In this document: positions 49,972 through 60,242 of the stretch, one piece after another
Position numbering within the stretch: the stretch's first letter is position 1
Layout: the number at the start of each line of letters is the position of its first letter
Source: an uncultured bacterium
Lineage (GTDB): Bacteria; Zixibacteria; MSB-5A5; UBA10806
Assembly: GCA_965541585.1 (NCBI GenBank)
Contig: CBEUCH010000007.1
Coordinates: forward strand, 48,962-112,961
Direction: 5' to 3'
DNA length: 64,000 bases
Notes under the pieces: model-generated
Told to the model about the DNA's origin: nothing
The model's database searches: none
What the model saw: the letters and a program-made list of their open reading frames with translations, nothing else
Program-made: the position numbers and the translations under genes

Positions 49972-49996
49972 AGGGGCTGAACATTGTTCAGCCCCT
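49972..49996 (-). terminator. hairpin terminator candidate for the convergent minus-strand gene 50024-50353
   Basis: AGGGGCTGAAC-ATTG-TTCAGCCCCT (11-bp stem) with AAAA on the + strand, giving UUUU on the minus transcript. Confidence 0.4.
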
Positions 49997-50023
49997 GCAG
50001 ATACCGTTACTATTTTTTGCGGA

Positions 50024-50353
50024 TCAGTTTATTGACCGCCGGTGTATCACTCTTAATGCTCTTAGTACCATATGCTCGGCTCGCTGGGCGTGATTGAACG
50101 CCGCCCGGCAATGATCGCCGCGATAGGCCCTGTTGGCGGCATGGATTTCATCGATAGCTGAATGGAGCAGGCTTATGGCACGCTCATTCCCTGACCTCAG
50201 GATTCTGGGAGTTGCCCGCTCGATCAATCCCTCGACCCTGTCAATGTAGGCTCCGACCCTCGGGCAATCCTCCGTTGGGATGGCGATTGTCTCAAGCGGC
50301 ATTAGAACAAAAAGCAGGGCGAATACTATGATTGACGAAATTACGATTCTCAT
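50024..50353 (-). CDS. small secreted protein, hypothetical
   Basis: 109 aa with an N-terminal signal-like hydrophobic segment; no motif recognised. Confidence 0.4.
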   Translation of the reverse strand: MRIVISSIIVFALLFVLMPLETIAIPTEDCPRVGAYIDRVEGLIERATPRILRSGNERAISLLHSAIDEIHAANRAYRGDHCRAAFNHAQRAEHMVLRALRVIHRRSIN

Positions 50354-50625
50354 CAGTACCTCCGGAGTTCAGCTATCCTGCAAATTGGACACATCTTCTT
50401 CATAAACGTTTAACTATATAATGGATCTATCAGGTAAATACCAGCGATATTTGATCGAGACGCAAAGAGATAGATCCATGATATCGGTTTTAGCTTGACG
50501 GGGGGGGGACTGTCGGTCATATTCAGGATGTCATAATCACTTGTTGAGCAGGGAATCCAACTTCACCGATTAAGAGGAGGAAACATGAGCGCAACTGAGA
50601 CTTATCAGGGCGTTCTTTCACCGAG

Positions 50626-50979
50626 ATGAGAAAAACCATATTTACAATTGCGATTCTCATGGGCGGCTGGATGATATTAGACGGCCTTCATGTACTGATT
50701 TTCGGTAATTATATCGGCTCCCGTAAACCCGGGCCCTGGGCCGGCATTGTTTCCGCTATCGGCCTCGATCCCATGAGGTTCGGATTGGTGTTCGTGGCTT
50801 TCGGCATCGACTGGATTGTCGGCGGGATCGGAGTCATCAAGGACCGACGGTGGGGATATAATCTAACGATAATCATAGCCGTGCTATCGCTCTGGTATCT
50901 CACCATCGGTACTCTGCTGGCGGTTCTGGCCATCGTATTGATCATAGTTCATCTGTCCAGGAAACAGCCCGCCGCCTGA
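50626..50979 (+). CDS. small polytopic membrane protein, hypothetical
   Basis: 117 aa with 3-4 hydrophobic helices; preceded by a promoter-like TTGACG-G9 tract. Confidence 0.4.
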   Translation: MRKTIFTIAILMGGWMILDGLHVLIFGNYIGSRKPGPWAGIVSAIGLDPMRFGLVFVAFGIDWIVGGIGVIKDRRWGYNLTIIIAVLSLWYLTIGTLLAVLAIVLIIVHLSRKQPAA

Positions 50980-51103
50980 ATATTGCGGCAAAAACTTAAG
51001 GCATATGTGCCGGTCATAAGTTTTTCCGATTTTTGACCGATTACTAATAATATTACATATATTTATGTTTGATTTTTGTCTTTGATGATTTATTGGAGAA
51101 GAT

Positions 51104-52105
51104 ATGCCGGAATTCAGACAAAATATGGCAACCAAGGAATGGGTGGTCGTATCGCCCGATAGGGGGAAAAAGCCATCGGATTTTTCAAAGGGATCCGAAA
51201 AAAAAGAGCAGCCCCCGCACTTCAAGAAGGATTGCCCTTTCTGCCCCGGCAACGAGGACCGCACGCCAGAAGAAATTTATCGCAGCCCTGAGGAGGGCAA
51301 TTGGCAAACCAGGGTGGTGCCGAATAAATTTGCCGCCCTGCAGCCGGATCTTGCCACCACTCGAAGTTACGTGGGGTCATTCCTGGCCGCCAAGGGCTTT
51401 GGCATAGCCGAGGTCGTGATCGAATCACCGGAACATCACAAGACCATCGCCCTGATGCAAATGAGCGAGGTCTCCGCCGTGCTGACCGCCTACCGTCAGC
51501 GTTATGTGGCTATTGCTAAAAACCCCGATATCAACCTGATAACCATCTTTCGCAATCATGGTGCCCGGGCGGGCACGTCCCTGGAGCACCCTCATTCCCA
51601 GATTATCGCCACCCCCATCGTTCCGCCGCACGTCAGGTATCCCATCGAGCAATCGATACAACATTATGACCATCTCGGAAAATGCGTGCACTGCGATATA
51701 ATCGAGGAGGAACGACGGCAAAAGGAACGGCTCATCATAGACACCGATAATTTTCTTGCCTTCTGCCCGTTCGCCGCCCGGACCCCGTTCGAGACGAGGA
51801 TCTATCCCAAGCGGCACATGCCGGATTTTTCATCGATCGACAGTGAGGAAATCGAAGAGCTGGCCTGGGTGTTAAGAAACCTGCTTTTGAAAATCTACAA
51901 CTGCCTTGGCAATCCGGACTACAATTATGTAATTCGATCCGCGCCGATCGGCGATGAGGATACCCGCTACCTGCACTGGTATATGGTCATCATTCCAAAG
52001 ATAACCACACCGGCAGGATTCGAGATCGGTTCCGGGATATATATAAACAGCGTGGCGCCGGAAGACTCGGCCAGGTATTTGAGGGAGACAAGCACGGATT
52101 CTTAA
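51104..52105 (+). CDS. galT: galactose-1-phosphate uridylyltransferase family (HIT-like, GalT)
   Basis: CPFCPGNE zinc motif and the HPHSQ active-site His-Pro-His. Confidence 0.8.
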   Translation: MPEFRQNMATKEWVVVSPDRGKKPSDFSKGSEKKEQPPHFKKDCPFCPGNEDRTPEEIYRSPEEGNWQTRVVPNKFAALQPDLATTRSYVGSFLAAKGFGIAEVVIESPEHHKTIALMQMSEVSAVLTAYRQRYVAIAKNPDINLITIFRNHGARAGTSLEHPHSQIIATPIVPPHVRYPIEQSIQHYDHLGKCVHCDIIEEERRQKERLIIDTDNFLAFCPFAARTPFETRIYPKRHMPDFSSIDSEEIEELAWVLRNLLLKIYNCLGNPDYNYVIRSAPIGDEDTRYLHWYMVIIPKITTPAGFEIGSGIYINSVAPEDSARYLRETSTDS

Positions 52106-52243
52106 CGGTTTTGACTTTCAAACTTCTCCGACATTCAGAATATCTCAGCGATCTACTGGCTATAAACGACCGGAAGACCCGGTCGAGCTAGATATAAAAA
52201 CAGTTTGCCTGCCATTGACGCATCGTTTATAATTACCGGTCTA

Positions 52244-52939
52244 ATGGATAAGAGACGGATCGCCGCCAACCTTGAGGAGGTGAAGGCCAGAGTAGAAAGT
52301 CGTTGTCTGGCGAACGGGGTCGATCCATCCCGGGTGAAAATAGTCGGGATTACCAAGATGTTTACGGCTGAAACGGCCATGGAGGGGATCAAAGCGGGCC
52401 TGACGGATCTGGGCGAGAACAGGGTACAGGAGGCCGCAAAGAAAATACCGCTGGTCATTCCCCGACCGAGGTGGCACCTCGTGGGCCATTTGCAGAAAAA
52501 CAAGGTGAGGAAAGCGGTTGAGGTTTTCGATATTATCGAGTCTGTTGATAGTGTAGAACTGGCGCAAATGATTTCGATGCGGGCCTGCGAAGTGGGGAAA
52601 AAGATGGAGACCTATCTACAGGTGAATTCTTCATACGAAACATCAAAGCACGGAATTGACCCGGGAGAAATTTCCGATCTTGCCGATAAGATAAACGAAC
52701 TGCCGGGTTTGATAGTAAGCGGACTCATGACAATCGGGCCCCTGACAGACGATCTGGATTTGATTAAGAAGGCTTTTGCGATGACTAAAGATCTTTTTGA
52801 TAAGCTAAAAGCCAGAATGGGTGGTGGATTCGAGGTACTATCAATGGGTATGTCCGGTGACTTCGAACTGGCACTCGATTACGGCGCAAGTGAATTGAGA
52901 ATAGGCACAGCCATATTCGGCCCCAGGTCGAAGGCGTAA
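52244..52939 (+). CDS. yggS: YggS family pyridoxal-phosphate homeostasis protein
   Basis: VKIVGITKMF (PLP Lys), C-terminal LSMGMSGDFELALDYGASELRIGTAIFG. Start taken at internal ATG 52244 (MDKRRIAANLEEV), giving the typical ~231-aa length; the longer ORF starts at 52205. Confidence 0.85.
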   Translation: MDKRRIAANLEEVKARVESRCLANGVDPSRVKIVGITKMFTAETAMEGIKAGLTDLGENRVQEAAKKIPLVIPRPRWHLVGHLQKNKVRKAVEVFDIIESVDSVELAQMISMRACEVGKKMETYLQVNSSYETSKHGIDPGEISDLADKINELPGLIVSGLMTIGPLTDDLDLIKKAFAMTKDLFDKLKARMGGGFEVLSMGMSGDFELALDYGASELRIGTAIFGPRSKA

Positions 52940-52952
52940 GAAAGGAGGAGCG

Positions 52953-53561
52953 ATGAAGATAACTCCTCTCGAGATTAAAAAGCAGGAGTTCGGCAGGGTA
53001 TTCAGAGGTTATTCGCCGGAGGATGTTCATTCGTACCTTGAAATGGTAGCCGGGGAATTAGAGGATGCCCTTAAAAAGAATCTCGAACTCGAGGAGAGCC
53101 TCTCCTCTCTGAAGGAGAAGCTCACCAATTACACCAGGATTGAAAACGTCCTGCAGGATACCCTGATGACAACCCAGAAATCGGCCGAGGAGATCAAGAG
53201 TGCAGCTGAACAGAAAGCGAAATCGATCACCGATGGAGCCCGGGTCAAAGCCGACCGTATCCTGGTTGACACCAACGAGCGGCTTCTGGAAATCCAGAGA
53301 GATATCGCAGATCTGAAACATCAGCGCGCGGCCTTTACAATCAGTTTTAAATCTCTGCTGGAAACTCAGCGGGCGCTCCTTGAAAATATCGATAAAGGGG
53401 CCGGGGGCAAAGGGGATTATTCCCCTGTCAAAATGAAGGCCGACCTGAACGAAGATGAGCTCGAAAAAGTGGTGGGAGAGTTCGAGGAACAGCTTTCTCA
53501 TAGCGAGGCGAGAGATGAAAGCGGGGATGATAAAGGTCCGCCGGCTGAAGGGGACAATTGA
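52953..53561 (+). CDS. divIVA: DivIVA domain protein
   Basis: MKITPLEIKKQEFGRVFRGYSPEDVHSYLEMVAGELE is the canonical DivIVA N-terminus; coiled coil follows. Confidence 0.9.
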   Translation: MKITPLEIKKQEFGRVFRGYSPEDVHSYLEMVAGELEDALKKNLELEESLSSLKEKLTNYTRIENVLQDTLMTTQKSAEEIKSAAEQKAKSITDGARVKADRILVDTNERLLEIQRDIADLKHQRAAFTISFKSLLETQRALLENIDKGAGGKGDYSPVKMKADLNEDELEKVVGEFEEQLSHSEARDESGDDKGPPAEGDN

Positions 53562-54388
53562 TGAATTTGAAATCTGAGATCAAGGACGCTGTAGATTTTA
53601 TTAGAACACAAACCGATGCGACTCCGGCGATCGGTATCATTCTGGGCACCGGTCTGGGAGCACTGGCGGACGAGATAAAAAAAGACACATCGATTTCGTA
53701 CGATAAGATTCCTCATTTTCCCGTGAGCACGGTGGAATCGCACGCCGGACGTTTTCTTTTCGGGAAATTGGGCGGTAAAGACGTTATCGCGATGCAGGGT
53801 AGATTTCATTATTATGAAGGCTATGATCTCGGGCAGGTGACGTTCCCGGTCAGAGTTATGAAGGAGATAGGGGTGAAAATACTCATCGTCTCCAACGCCG
53901 CCGGAGGCTTAAACCCGCAGTTTGAAATCGGCGATCTGGTCATGATAACAGATCATATCAATTTTCAGGTTGTCAATCCTCTGACAGGCCCTAACGATGA
54001 GAACCTCGGCCCCCGTTTTCCGGATATGTACAACTGCTATGACCGCGAGCTACGGGATCTGGCCGAGCAGACGGCAATCGATGAGAAGGTTCCATTGAGA
54101 AAAGGTGTCTATGTCGGCGTGACAGGTCCAAATCTCGAGACCGCTGCGGAATATCGTTTCCTGAGGATTATAGGTGGAGATCTTGTGGGAATGTCCACGG
54201 TGCCGGAGGTGATAGTGGCCCGCCATCAGGGGACCAGGGTACTGGGCTTTTCGCTGGCTACGGACATGGGGCTGCCGGATGCGATGGAACCGTGCAGTCA
54301 TGAAAAGATAATCGCCGCCGCGGCGAAGGCTGAGCCGAAGCTGACCAAACTGGTGAAGAAAACCGTTGAAAGGATTTCGATCAAATAG
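53558..54388 (+). CDS. punA: purine nucleoside phosphorylase (PNP/MTAP family 2)
   Basis: AIGIILGTGLG...HAGRFLFGKLGGKDVIAMQGRFHYYEGY...SNAAGGLN motifs. Confidence 0.85.
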   Translation: MMNLKSEIKDAVDFIRTQTDATPAIGIILGTGLGALADEIKKDTSISYDKIPHFPVSTVESHAGRFLFGKLGGKDVIAMQGRFHYYEGYDLGQVTFPVRVMKEIGVKILIVSNAAGGLNPQFEIGDLVMITDHINFQVVNPLTGPNDENLGPRFPDMYNCYDRELRDLAEQTAIDEKVPLRKGVYVGVTGPNLETAAEYRFLRIIGGDLVGMSTVPEVIVARHQGTRVLGFSLATDMGLPDAMEPCSHEKIIAAAAKAEPKLTKLVKKTVERISIK

Positions 54389-54390
54389 TC

Positions 54391-57300
54391 ATGAGTGACC
54401 GGTACCGTCAGATAAAGGGTGAATTCAATTTCGCAGAGCGGGAAGCAGAGATCAGCAAATTCTGGGATGAGAATTCTATCTTCGAGAAATCGTTGAAGCT
54501 CAGGGAAACCTCACCCCGATATAATTTCTACGAGGGTCCCCCCACTGCCAACGGTCTGCCGCATATCGGCCACGCCCTGGCGCGAACTATCAAGGACGTG
54601 ATTTGCCGCTACAGGACGATGAAAGGATTTCTCGTGGAACGCAAGGCGGGATGGGATACGCACGGGCTGCCGGTCGAACTTGAGGTTGAGAAGGCCCTGG
54701 GAATCTCTACCAAGGATGAAATCGAGAAGATGGGGGTCGAGAAATTCAACGCTGAATGCAAAAAATCGGTTTTCAAATACAAGGCCGAGTGGGATGAGTT
54801 TACGCGCACATTGGGCTACTGGCTCGACCTTTCAAATCCGTATATCACCTATACCAACGATTATATCGAAACCGTCTGGTGGATTCTAAAGCAGTTCTGG
54901 GAAAAGGACTTGCTCTACAAAGGATATAAGATTCTTCCCTGGTGTCCCCGATGCGAGACCGCGCTATCATCCCATGAAACGGCCATGGGGTATAAAGAGG
55001 TTACCGATCCCTCGCTTTTTGTTATGATGAGGCTATCCGGCAGCGAGGACACTTATTTTCTTGTCTGGACAACCACTCCGTGGACTTTGATTTCCAACGT
55101 TGCTCTGGCGCTTCATCCTTATGAGTCCTACGTGACTATAGAACATCGCGACAGGAAACTGATTCTGGCTGAGAACAGGCTTAGCGTGATAGACGGGGAA
55201 TACGAGATACTCGAAACCAAAAAAGGCTCCGAGTACGCCGGCGTAAGATATGAGCCGCTGTTTGATTTTCTACCGGTCGATAAGGGGCATTATGCTACCC
55301 TGGCCGATTTCGTCACCATGGAGGAGGGCTCCGGTATCGTGCATATAGCGCCGGCTTTTGGCGCCGACGATTACGAGCTGAGTATCAAAGAAGGTCTATC
55401 CGTCATTCAGGCCGTGGATACCGAAGGTCGGCTGATATCCGAGGTGACTCCCTGGGCCGGAAGATATGTCAAGGATGCCGATCCTGAGATCATAGAGGAC
55501 CTCGGAAACCGGGGATTACTCTACGGCTCAGAGGGCTATACGCATAATTATCCTTTCTGCTGGCGTTGCGATTCACCATTGATCTACTACGCTCGCTCCT
55601 CCTGGTTTATCAAAACCACCGCCTTCAAAGACGAGATGATAAAGGCCAACGAGGAGATAGAGTGGTTTCCCGAGGAGGTCGGCAGCCGCCGTTTCGGGGA
55701 ATGGCTGGAAAATAATGTAGACTGGGCGCTGTCGCGCGAGAGATACTGGGGTTCACCGCTGCCGGTCTGGATCTGCGACGGGTGCCAGAAGCAGCATTGC
55801 ATCGGCTCGATCGAGGAGCTGCAGCGTATGGCCGTAGATTCACCGGAGCAACTCGATTTGCATCGACCGTTCGTAGATCGCATTCGGTTGAAATGCCCCG
55901 GATGCGGCGAATCGATGAACCGCACGCCCGAAGTTATCGATGCCTGGTTTGATTCCGGCGCCATGCCTTACGGGCAGGTTCATTACCCGTTTGAGCACCA
56001 GGATGATTTCGAGGATAAATATTTCCCCGCAGAGTTTATCGCGGAGGGGCTGGATCAGACACGCGGCTGGTTCTACTCGATGCTGGCTATTTCGGTGTTT
56101 ATCTCCGGTCGATCAAGCTATAAAAGATGTGTCGTCAATGACCTCATTCTCGATACCGAGGGCCGAAAAATGTCGAAGCGGATTGGGAACGTAATCGAAC
56201 CCAACCAGCTCTTAAGCGAATATGGGGCTGATGCCATCAGATGGTATCTGATGAGCTCTTCCCAGATCTGGCTGCCCAAGAGGTTTGATAAGGAAGCTCT
56301 GGTGGATGTAGTCAGGCGATTTCTGTCGACTCTCCAGAATAGTTTTTCATTCTTTTCTCTATATGCTAATATCGATGGTTTCATTGCCGGAAAAAAGGCT
56401 CCTGAATTAGAAAAACGTCCCTTGATAGATCGATGGATAGTCTCCAGATTGAACGGTTTGATCGATGAGGCCAACAAAGCTTATGACCAGAACGACATAA
56501 CACGATGCACCCGTGCAATAGCGAGCTTCGTGGTTGATGATCTTTCCAATTGGTATGTCAGGCGCAGTCGCCGCCGTTTCTGGGGCTCCCAGGATAATTC
56601 CGATAAAAAGGCCGCTTATCAGACACTTTTCGAGTGCCTTTTGACCATCTGCAAACTGGCCGCCCCGGTTGCGCCGTTCATGGCCGAGGATCTGTATCGC
56701 CGGCTGACTGAGAACCTCGACGGATTTAGCGAATCTGTTCACCTGACCGACTTCCCGATGGCCGAAAAGAGCCACCGTGATTCTCTGATAGAAGAACAGA
56801 TGGCTGTAGCCCGCAGGACAGTGGAACTGGGACGAGCGGCCCGGAAGGAATCAAAAACCCGCGTGAGGCAGCCATTGAGCAGATTGGTGGTTCTCGGATT
56901 ATCCGAAAATGAGCGGGAGATGATAAGAAACTTAGAAAATATAGTGCTTGAGGAAATCAATATCAAGAAACTGGAGTTCGATAAGGATGAGACGGCTTAT
57001 TTCAAATATGCAGGTGAACCGGATTTCAAAAAGATCGGGCCTAAATTTGGAGCCAGATCTAAAATGGTCGCCGAGCAGATTAGGTCTCTCTCCAGCAAGC
57101 AGATCTCCGAACTCGCAGTCAAAGGTAACTTTACGATCGGCGAGGGTGCGGAGGAGGTTACAATTGAATCGGACGATTTGAAGGTCAATACGGTGCCTTC
57201 GGATGGATATGCTGTTAGCAGCGACGGACATCTCAAGGTTGCCCTCGATCTCACGATCGATGATAATCTACGCGCCGAGGGGAACGCCCGGGAGCTGGTT

Positions 57301-57528
57301 AACAGGGTTCAAAACTTGAGAAAATCGGCGGGGCTGGTCGTAACTGATCGGATAACCTTAAGCATCTCAAGCAATTCCGAATCTCAAAGAGCGATGCAAA
57401 AATATGCTGATTATATCAAGAGCGAGACCCTCGCAACCCGGTTTGCCGATATTAATGATCCGGAGAACTCCCAGGAATTTGATCTGAACGGTGTCAAAAC
57501 AGTTGTTGCACTGGAGAAGATTTCATAG
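54391..57528 (+). CDS. ileS: isoleucine--tRNA ligase
   Basis: Class I HIGH (PPTANGLPHIGHA) and KMSKR (KMSKRIGN) motifs; 1045 aa. Confidence 0.97.
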   Translation: MSDRYRQIKGEFNFAEREAEISKFWDENSIFEKSLKLRETSPRYNFYEGPPTANGLPHIGHALARTIKDVICRYRTMKGFLVERKAGWDTHGLPVELEVEKALGISTKDEIEKMGVEKFNAECKKSVFKYKAEWDEFTRTLGYWLDLSNPYITYTNDYIETVWWILKQFWEKDLLYKGYKILPWCPRCETALSSHETAMGYKEVTDPSLFVMMRLSGSEDTYFLVWTTTPWTLISNVALALHPYESYVTIEHRDRKLILAENRLSVIDGEYEILETKKGSEYAGVRYEPLFDFLPVDKGHYATLADFVTMEEGSGIVHIAPAFGADDYELSIKEGLSVIQAVDTEGRLISEVTPWAGRYVKDADPEIIEDLGNRGLLYGSEGYTHNYPFCWRCDSPLIYYARSSWFIKTTAFKDEMIKANEEIEWFPEEVGSRRFGEWLENNVDWALSRERYWGSPLPVWICDGCQKQHCIGSIEELQRMAVDSPEQLDLHRPFVDRIRLKCPGCGESMNRTPEVIDAWFDSGAMPYGQVHYPFEHQDDFEDKYFPAEFIAEGLDQTRGWFYSMLAISVFISGRSSYKRCVVNDLILDTEGRKMSKRIGNVIEPNQLLSEYGADAIRWYLMSSSQIWLPKRFDKEALVDVVRRFLSTLQNSFSFFSLYANIDGFIAGKKAPELEKRPLIDRWIVSRLNGLIDEANKAYDQNDITRCTRAIASFVVDDLSNWYVRRSRRRFWGSQDNSDKKAAYQTLFECLLTICKLAAPVAPFMAEDLYRRLTENLDGFSESVHLTDFPMAEKSHRDSLIEEQMAVARRTVELGRAARKESKTRVRQPLSRLVVLGLSENEREMIRNLENIVLEEINIKKLEFDKDETAYFKYAGEPDFKKIGPKFGARSKMVAEQIRSLSSKQISELAVKGNFTIGEGAEEVTIESDDLKVNTVPSDGYAVSSDGHLKVALDLTIDDNLRAEGNARELVNRVQNLRKSAGLVVTDRITLSISSNSESQRAMQKYADYIKSETLATRFADINDPENSQEFDLNGVKTVVALEKIS

Positions 57529-57554
57529 TATATACCGGCCCGGAGGTATTCCGG

Positions 57555-57935
57555 ATGAACAAAAGAGATCTGGGAAAATTTGAAAAACTGCTCCTGGCCA
57601 AACGCCAGCAGCTGATAGAGGAATTTGGATTGCTAAAGAGTGCGTCTATGGATACCACTATCAAGGAAAAAACCGGGGATCTCTCATCCTACTCGTATCA
57701 CATGGCGGATCAGGGCACCGATGCTATGGAGAGAGAGAAGACTTTTTATTTCGCTTCTAAATCCGGCCGGCTCCTTTATCACATCGATCAGGCTTTAAGA
57801 AGGGTCAGAAATAAAACCTATGGCAAATGCGAGGAGTGCGGCGAACAGATTAATCGGGAGCGGCTGGAGGCGGTCCCCCATGCCAGATTGTGCATAAAGT
57901 GCAAGGAGTTGGAAGAGCAGAAAAAATCCAACTGA
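57555..57935 (+). CDS. DksA/TraR family C4-type zinc-finger protein
   Basis: CEECGEQI...CIKCK four-Cys finger; position between ileS and lspA is typical. Confidence 0.8.
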   Translation: MNKRDLGKFEKLLLAKRQQLIEEFGLLKSASMDTTIKEKTGDLSSYSYHMADQGTDAMEREKTFYFASKSGRLLYHIDQALRRVRNKTYGKCEECGEQINRERLEAVPHARLCIKCKELEEQKKSN

Positions 57936-57951
57936 GGGGAGGCGATATTGA

Positions 57952-58500
57952 ATGCGTCAGCGGAGCCTCATCCTCTACTTACTGATTTCCATCCTCGTAA
58001 TATCATTAGATCAGACAACCAAGTTATTAGTATTAAATAACTTTGCCGAAGGCGAGGCGGTCTCTGTTATTGGAGACTTTTTATTCTTCCGGTTTGTCTT
58101 CAATGAAGGCGGCGCCATGGGGACGAGCCTGGGTCCCTCATGGCTATACACCATTTTAACCCTGGCAGCCCTGATTTTGATAATTCACTATTTTGTAAAG
58201 AATAAATCGGACGGGCCGTCCATAAAGATGCCGTTGGCGCTTATTTTTGGCGGTGCCGTCGGCAATCTGATTGATAGAATCAGATTAGGCAAGGTGGTTG
58301 ATTTCATCGATGTGGATTTTCCCGACATGCCGTTTTTGGGGATCACTAGATGGTGGACGTTCAATGTCGCCGATGCCGCTATCACCTGCGGCCTGGTGAT
58401 TTTCATCATAGGTATTTTTCTCAGGAAAAAGCAAGACGTGGCCACGGTGGTTGAGAGCTCAGCGCCCGACGCCCATCAATTAGATGGTGACCAGAACTAA
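57952..58500 (+). CDS. lspA: lipoprotein signal peptidase II
   Basis: Four TM helices; FNVADAAIT and NLIDR conserved regions. Confidence 0.88.
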   Translation: MRQRSLILYLLISILVISLDQTTKLLVLNNFAEGEAVSVIGDFLFFRFVFNEGGAMGTSLGPSWLYTILTLAALILIIHYFVKNKSDGPSIKMPLALIFGGAVGNLIDRIRLGKVVDFIDVDFPDMPFLGITRWWTFNVADAAITCGLVIFIIGIFLRKKQDVATVVESSAPDAHQLDGDQN

Positions 58501-59461
58501 ATTAAAACTGGCCGTTTCCGAGGATCTTCAGGGATTAAGACTCGATATATTCTGCTCCCGGAAAGTCTCCGATCGCACGCGAAGCTATTTCACCAAGCTG
58601 GCATCCTCCGGCCATATCGCCGTGGACGGTCAAACTGCTAAGCCATCTCTCAAAGTAAAAAAAGGCATGCAGGTTGAAATTGAGCTGGCCGCACCACCAC
58701 CGATGGAGGCGAGGCCTGAAGATATACCCCTCAATATAATCTACGAAGACGATCGCGTGGCCGTCGTAGATAAATCCTCCGGTATGGTAGTTCATCCTGC
58801 CGCCGGCAATTACGAGGGAACTCTGGTCAACGCCCTCTTGCACCATTTCGGCGAAACCGTCGGCAGGCAGCATGATCCGGTGCGTCCCGGACTGGTGCAC
58901 AGGTTAGATAAGGATACATCAGGCCTGCTTGTTATTGCTAAAGATGAGAGGGGGCTGGCTATGCTGCAGCAGGCGTTGAAGGAAAGGCGTATCAATAGGC
59001 ATTATAAGGCCGTCTGCTGGGGGAGCTTAGAGCCCGAACAGGGGACCATCGATCTGCCGATAGGACGATCGGATCGCGATCGCAAGAAGATGGTTGTCTA
59101 CCCTCGTACAGGGCGGGATGCTGTCACCCATTTTGAAGTTATAGAAAGGCTGGGATTGGCCGATCTGGTTTTGATCAAACTCGAAACCGGCAGGACTCAT
59201 CAAATCAGGGTGCACATTTCTTATTATGGACATCCCATCGTTGGCGATCCGACCTATGGTGGCCGGTCGAAGTATATAAGGAGGTTGGATGGGAAGAATC
59301 GTCAGATTGCCGTTCCCCTAATGAATATTCTTGGCAGGCAGGCGCTGCATGCCTTCAGGCTCGAATTCCCTCATCCTGATAATGACAGGATGATTGAGTT
59401 CAAATCTGATCTGCCGGGGGATATGATAGAGGCTCTGGAATATCTCCGAAGCAGAAGATGA
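58484..59461 (+). CDS. rluD: RluA-family 23S rRNA pseudouridine synthase (RluD-like)
   Basis: N-terminal S4-like region; catalytic HRLDKDTSGLLV. Confidence 0.9.
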   Translation: MVTRTKLKLAVSEDLQGLRLDIFCSRKVSDRTRSYFTKLASSGHIAVDGQTAKPSLKVKKGMQVEIELAAPPPMEARPEDIPLNIIYEDDRVAVVDKSSGMVVHPAAGNYEGTLVNALLHHFGETVGRQHDPVRPGLVHRLDKDTSGLLVIAKDERGLAMLQQALKERRINRHYKAVCWGSLEPEQGTIDLPIGRSDRDRKKMVVYPRTGRDAVTHFEVIERLGLADLVLIKLETGRTHQIRVHISYYGHPIVGDPTYGGRSKYIRRLDGKNRQIAVPLMNILGRQALHAFRLEFPHPDNDRMIEFKSDLPGDMIEALEYLRSRR

Positions 59462-59600
59462 AGAAAAAAGAAAAATAAACCTCATGGCTTTTCCGGCAAG
59501 AAGCCTTGAAACACGGTCCGGATAATCTCCGGATAGAGAAGAACTTAAGATATGCGCGAGGTGGCAGGAACCGATAGAATCTGCAGAGCAACCTGAGGTC

Positions 59601-59629
59601 TTGACGTAAGGATATACTCCTGTTATATA
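59601..59629 (+). promoter_or_regulatory. sigma70-like promoter candidate (TTGACG-17 nt-TATATA) with ~125-nt leader before 59758
   Basis: TTGACG at 59601-59606, TATATA at 59624-59629. Confidence 0.3.
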
Positions 59630-59757
59630 AGCGATCACCATGAAAAGCTCTTTCAGACAGATGATCGTCCCGTTGACTCTGCTACCAGGAATTCCACCTG
59701 AAGTAAACCCGAATACATAATCAACCGGGATAAAGAATTGAGGGAAGGAGATAGAAG

Positions 59758-60240
59758 ATGAAAATTGAGGAATATGATCTGAAGATCCCGGATGGCTGCA
59801 ATATAATCCTGGGGCATGCGCATTTTATAAAGACCATAGATGACCTTTACGAGGCGATGGTCTCGTCGAGCACGTCGGTGAAGTTCGGGATCGGTTTTTC
59901 GGAGGCGTCGCAGGAGAGATTGGTTCGCGTGGACGGTAACGATGACGAGCTTAAGAAGCTGGCCGCCGATGCCATCATGGGGATAGGATGCGGTCATACG
60001 TTTATCATCTTTTTGAAAGATGCCTTTCCCATCAATTTCCTGGGCGCCATCAAGGCGGTACCGGAGATTTGCCGGATAATCTGCGCCACAGCCAATCCAT
60101 TGAAGTTGCTCATATCGAGGACGGAGCAGGGTGGAGGCATTATGGGCGTAGTTGACGGCGCTGCCCCGAGCGGAATCGAGGGAGAAGAGCACGTTCAGGT
60201 CAGAAGGAAATTCTTAAGAGACATTGGATATAAGCGGTAA
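59758..60240 (+). CDS. adenosine-specific-kinase-like small protein (PF04008-like), tentative
   Basis: 160 aa; overall resemblance to the archaeal/bacterial adenosine-specific-kinase family (MKIEEYDLKIP...GHAHFIKTIDDLYEA); not confirmed. Confidence 0.35.
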   Translation: MKIEEYDLKIPDGCNIILGHAHFIKTIDDLYEAMVSSSTSVKFGIGFSEASQERLVRVDGNDDELKKLAADAIMGIGCGHTFIIFLKDAFPINFLGAIKAVPEICRIICATANPLKLLISRTEQGGGIMGVVDGAAPSGIEGEEHVQVRRKFLRDIGYKR

Positions 60241-60242
60241 TC

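Noticed and set aside
52205-52243. 39-nt N-terminal extension of yggS (MPAIDASFIITGL)
   Set aside because: The internal ATG at 52244 gives the canonical ~231-aa YggS length and an MDKRRIAANLEEV N-terminus. The extension is probably not translated.
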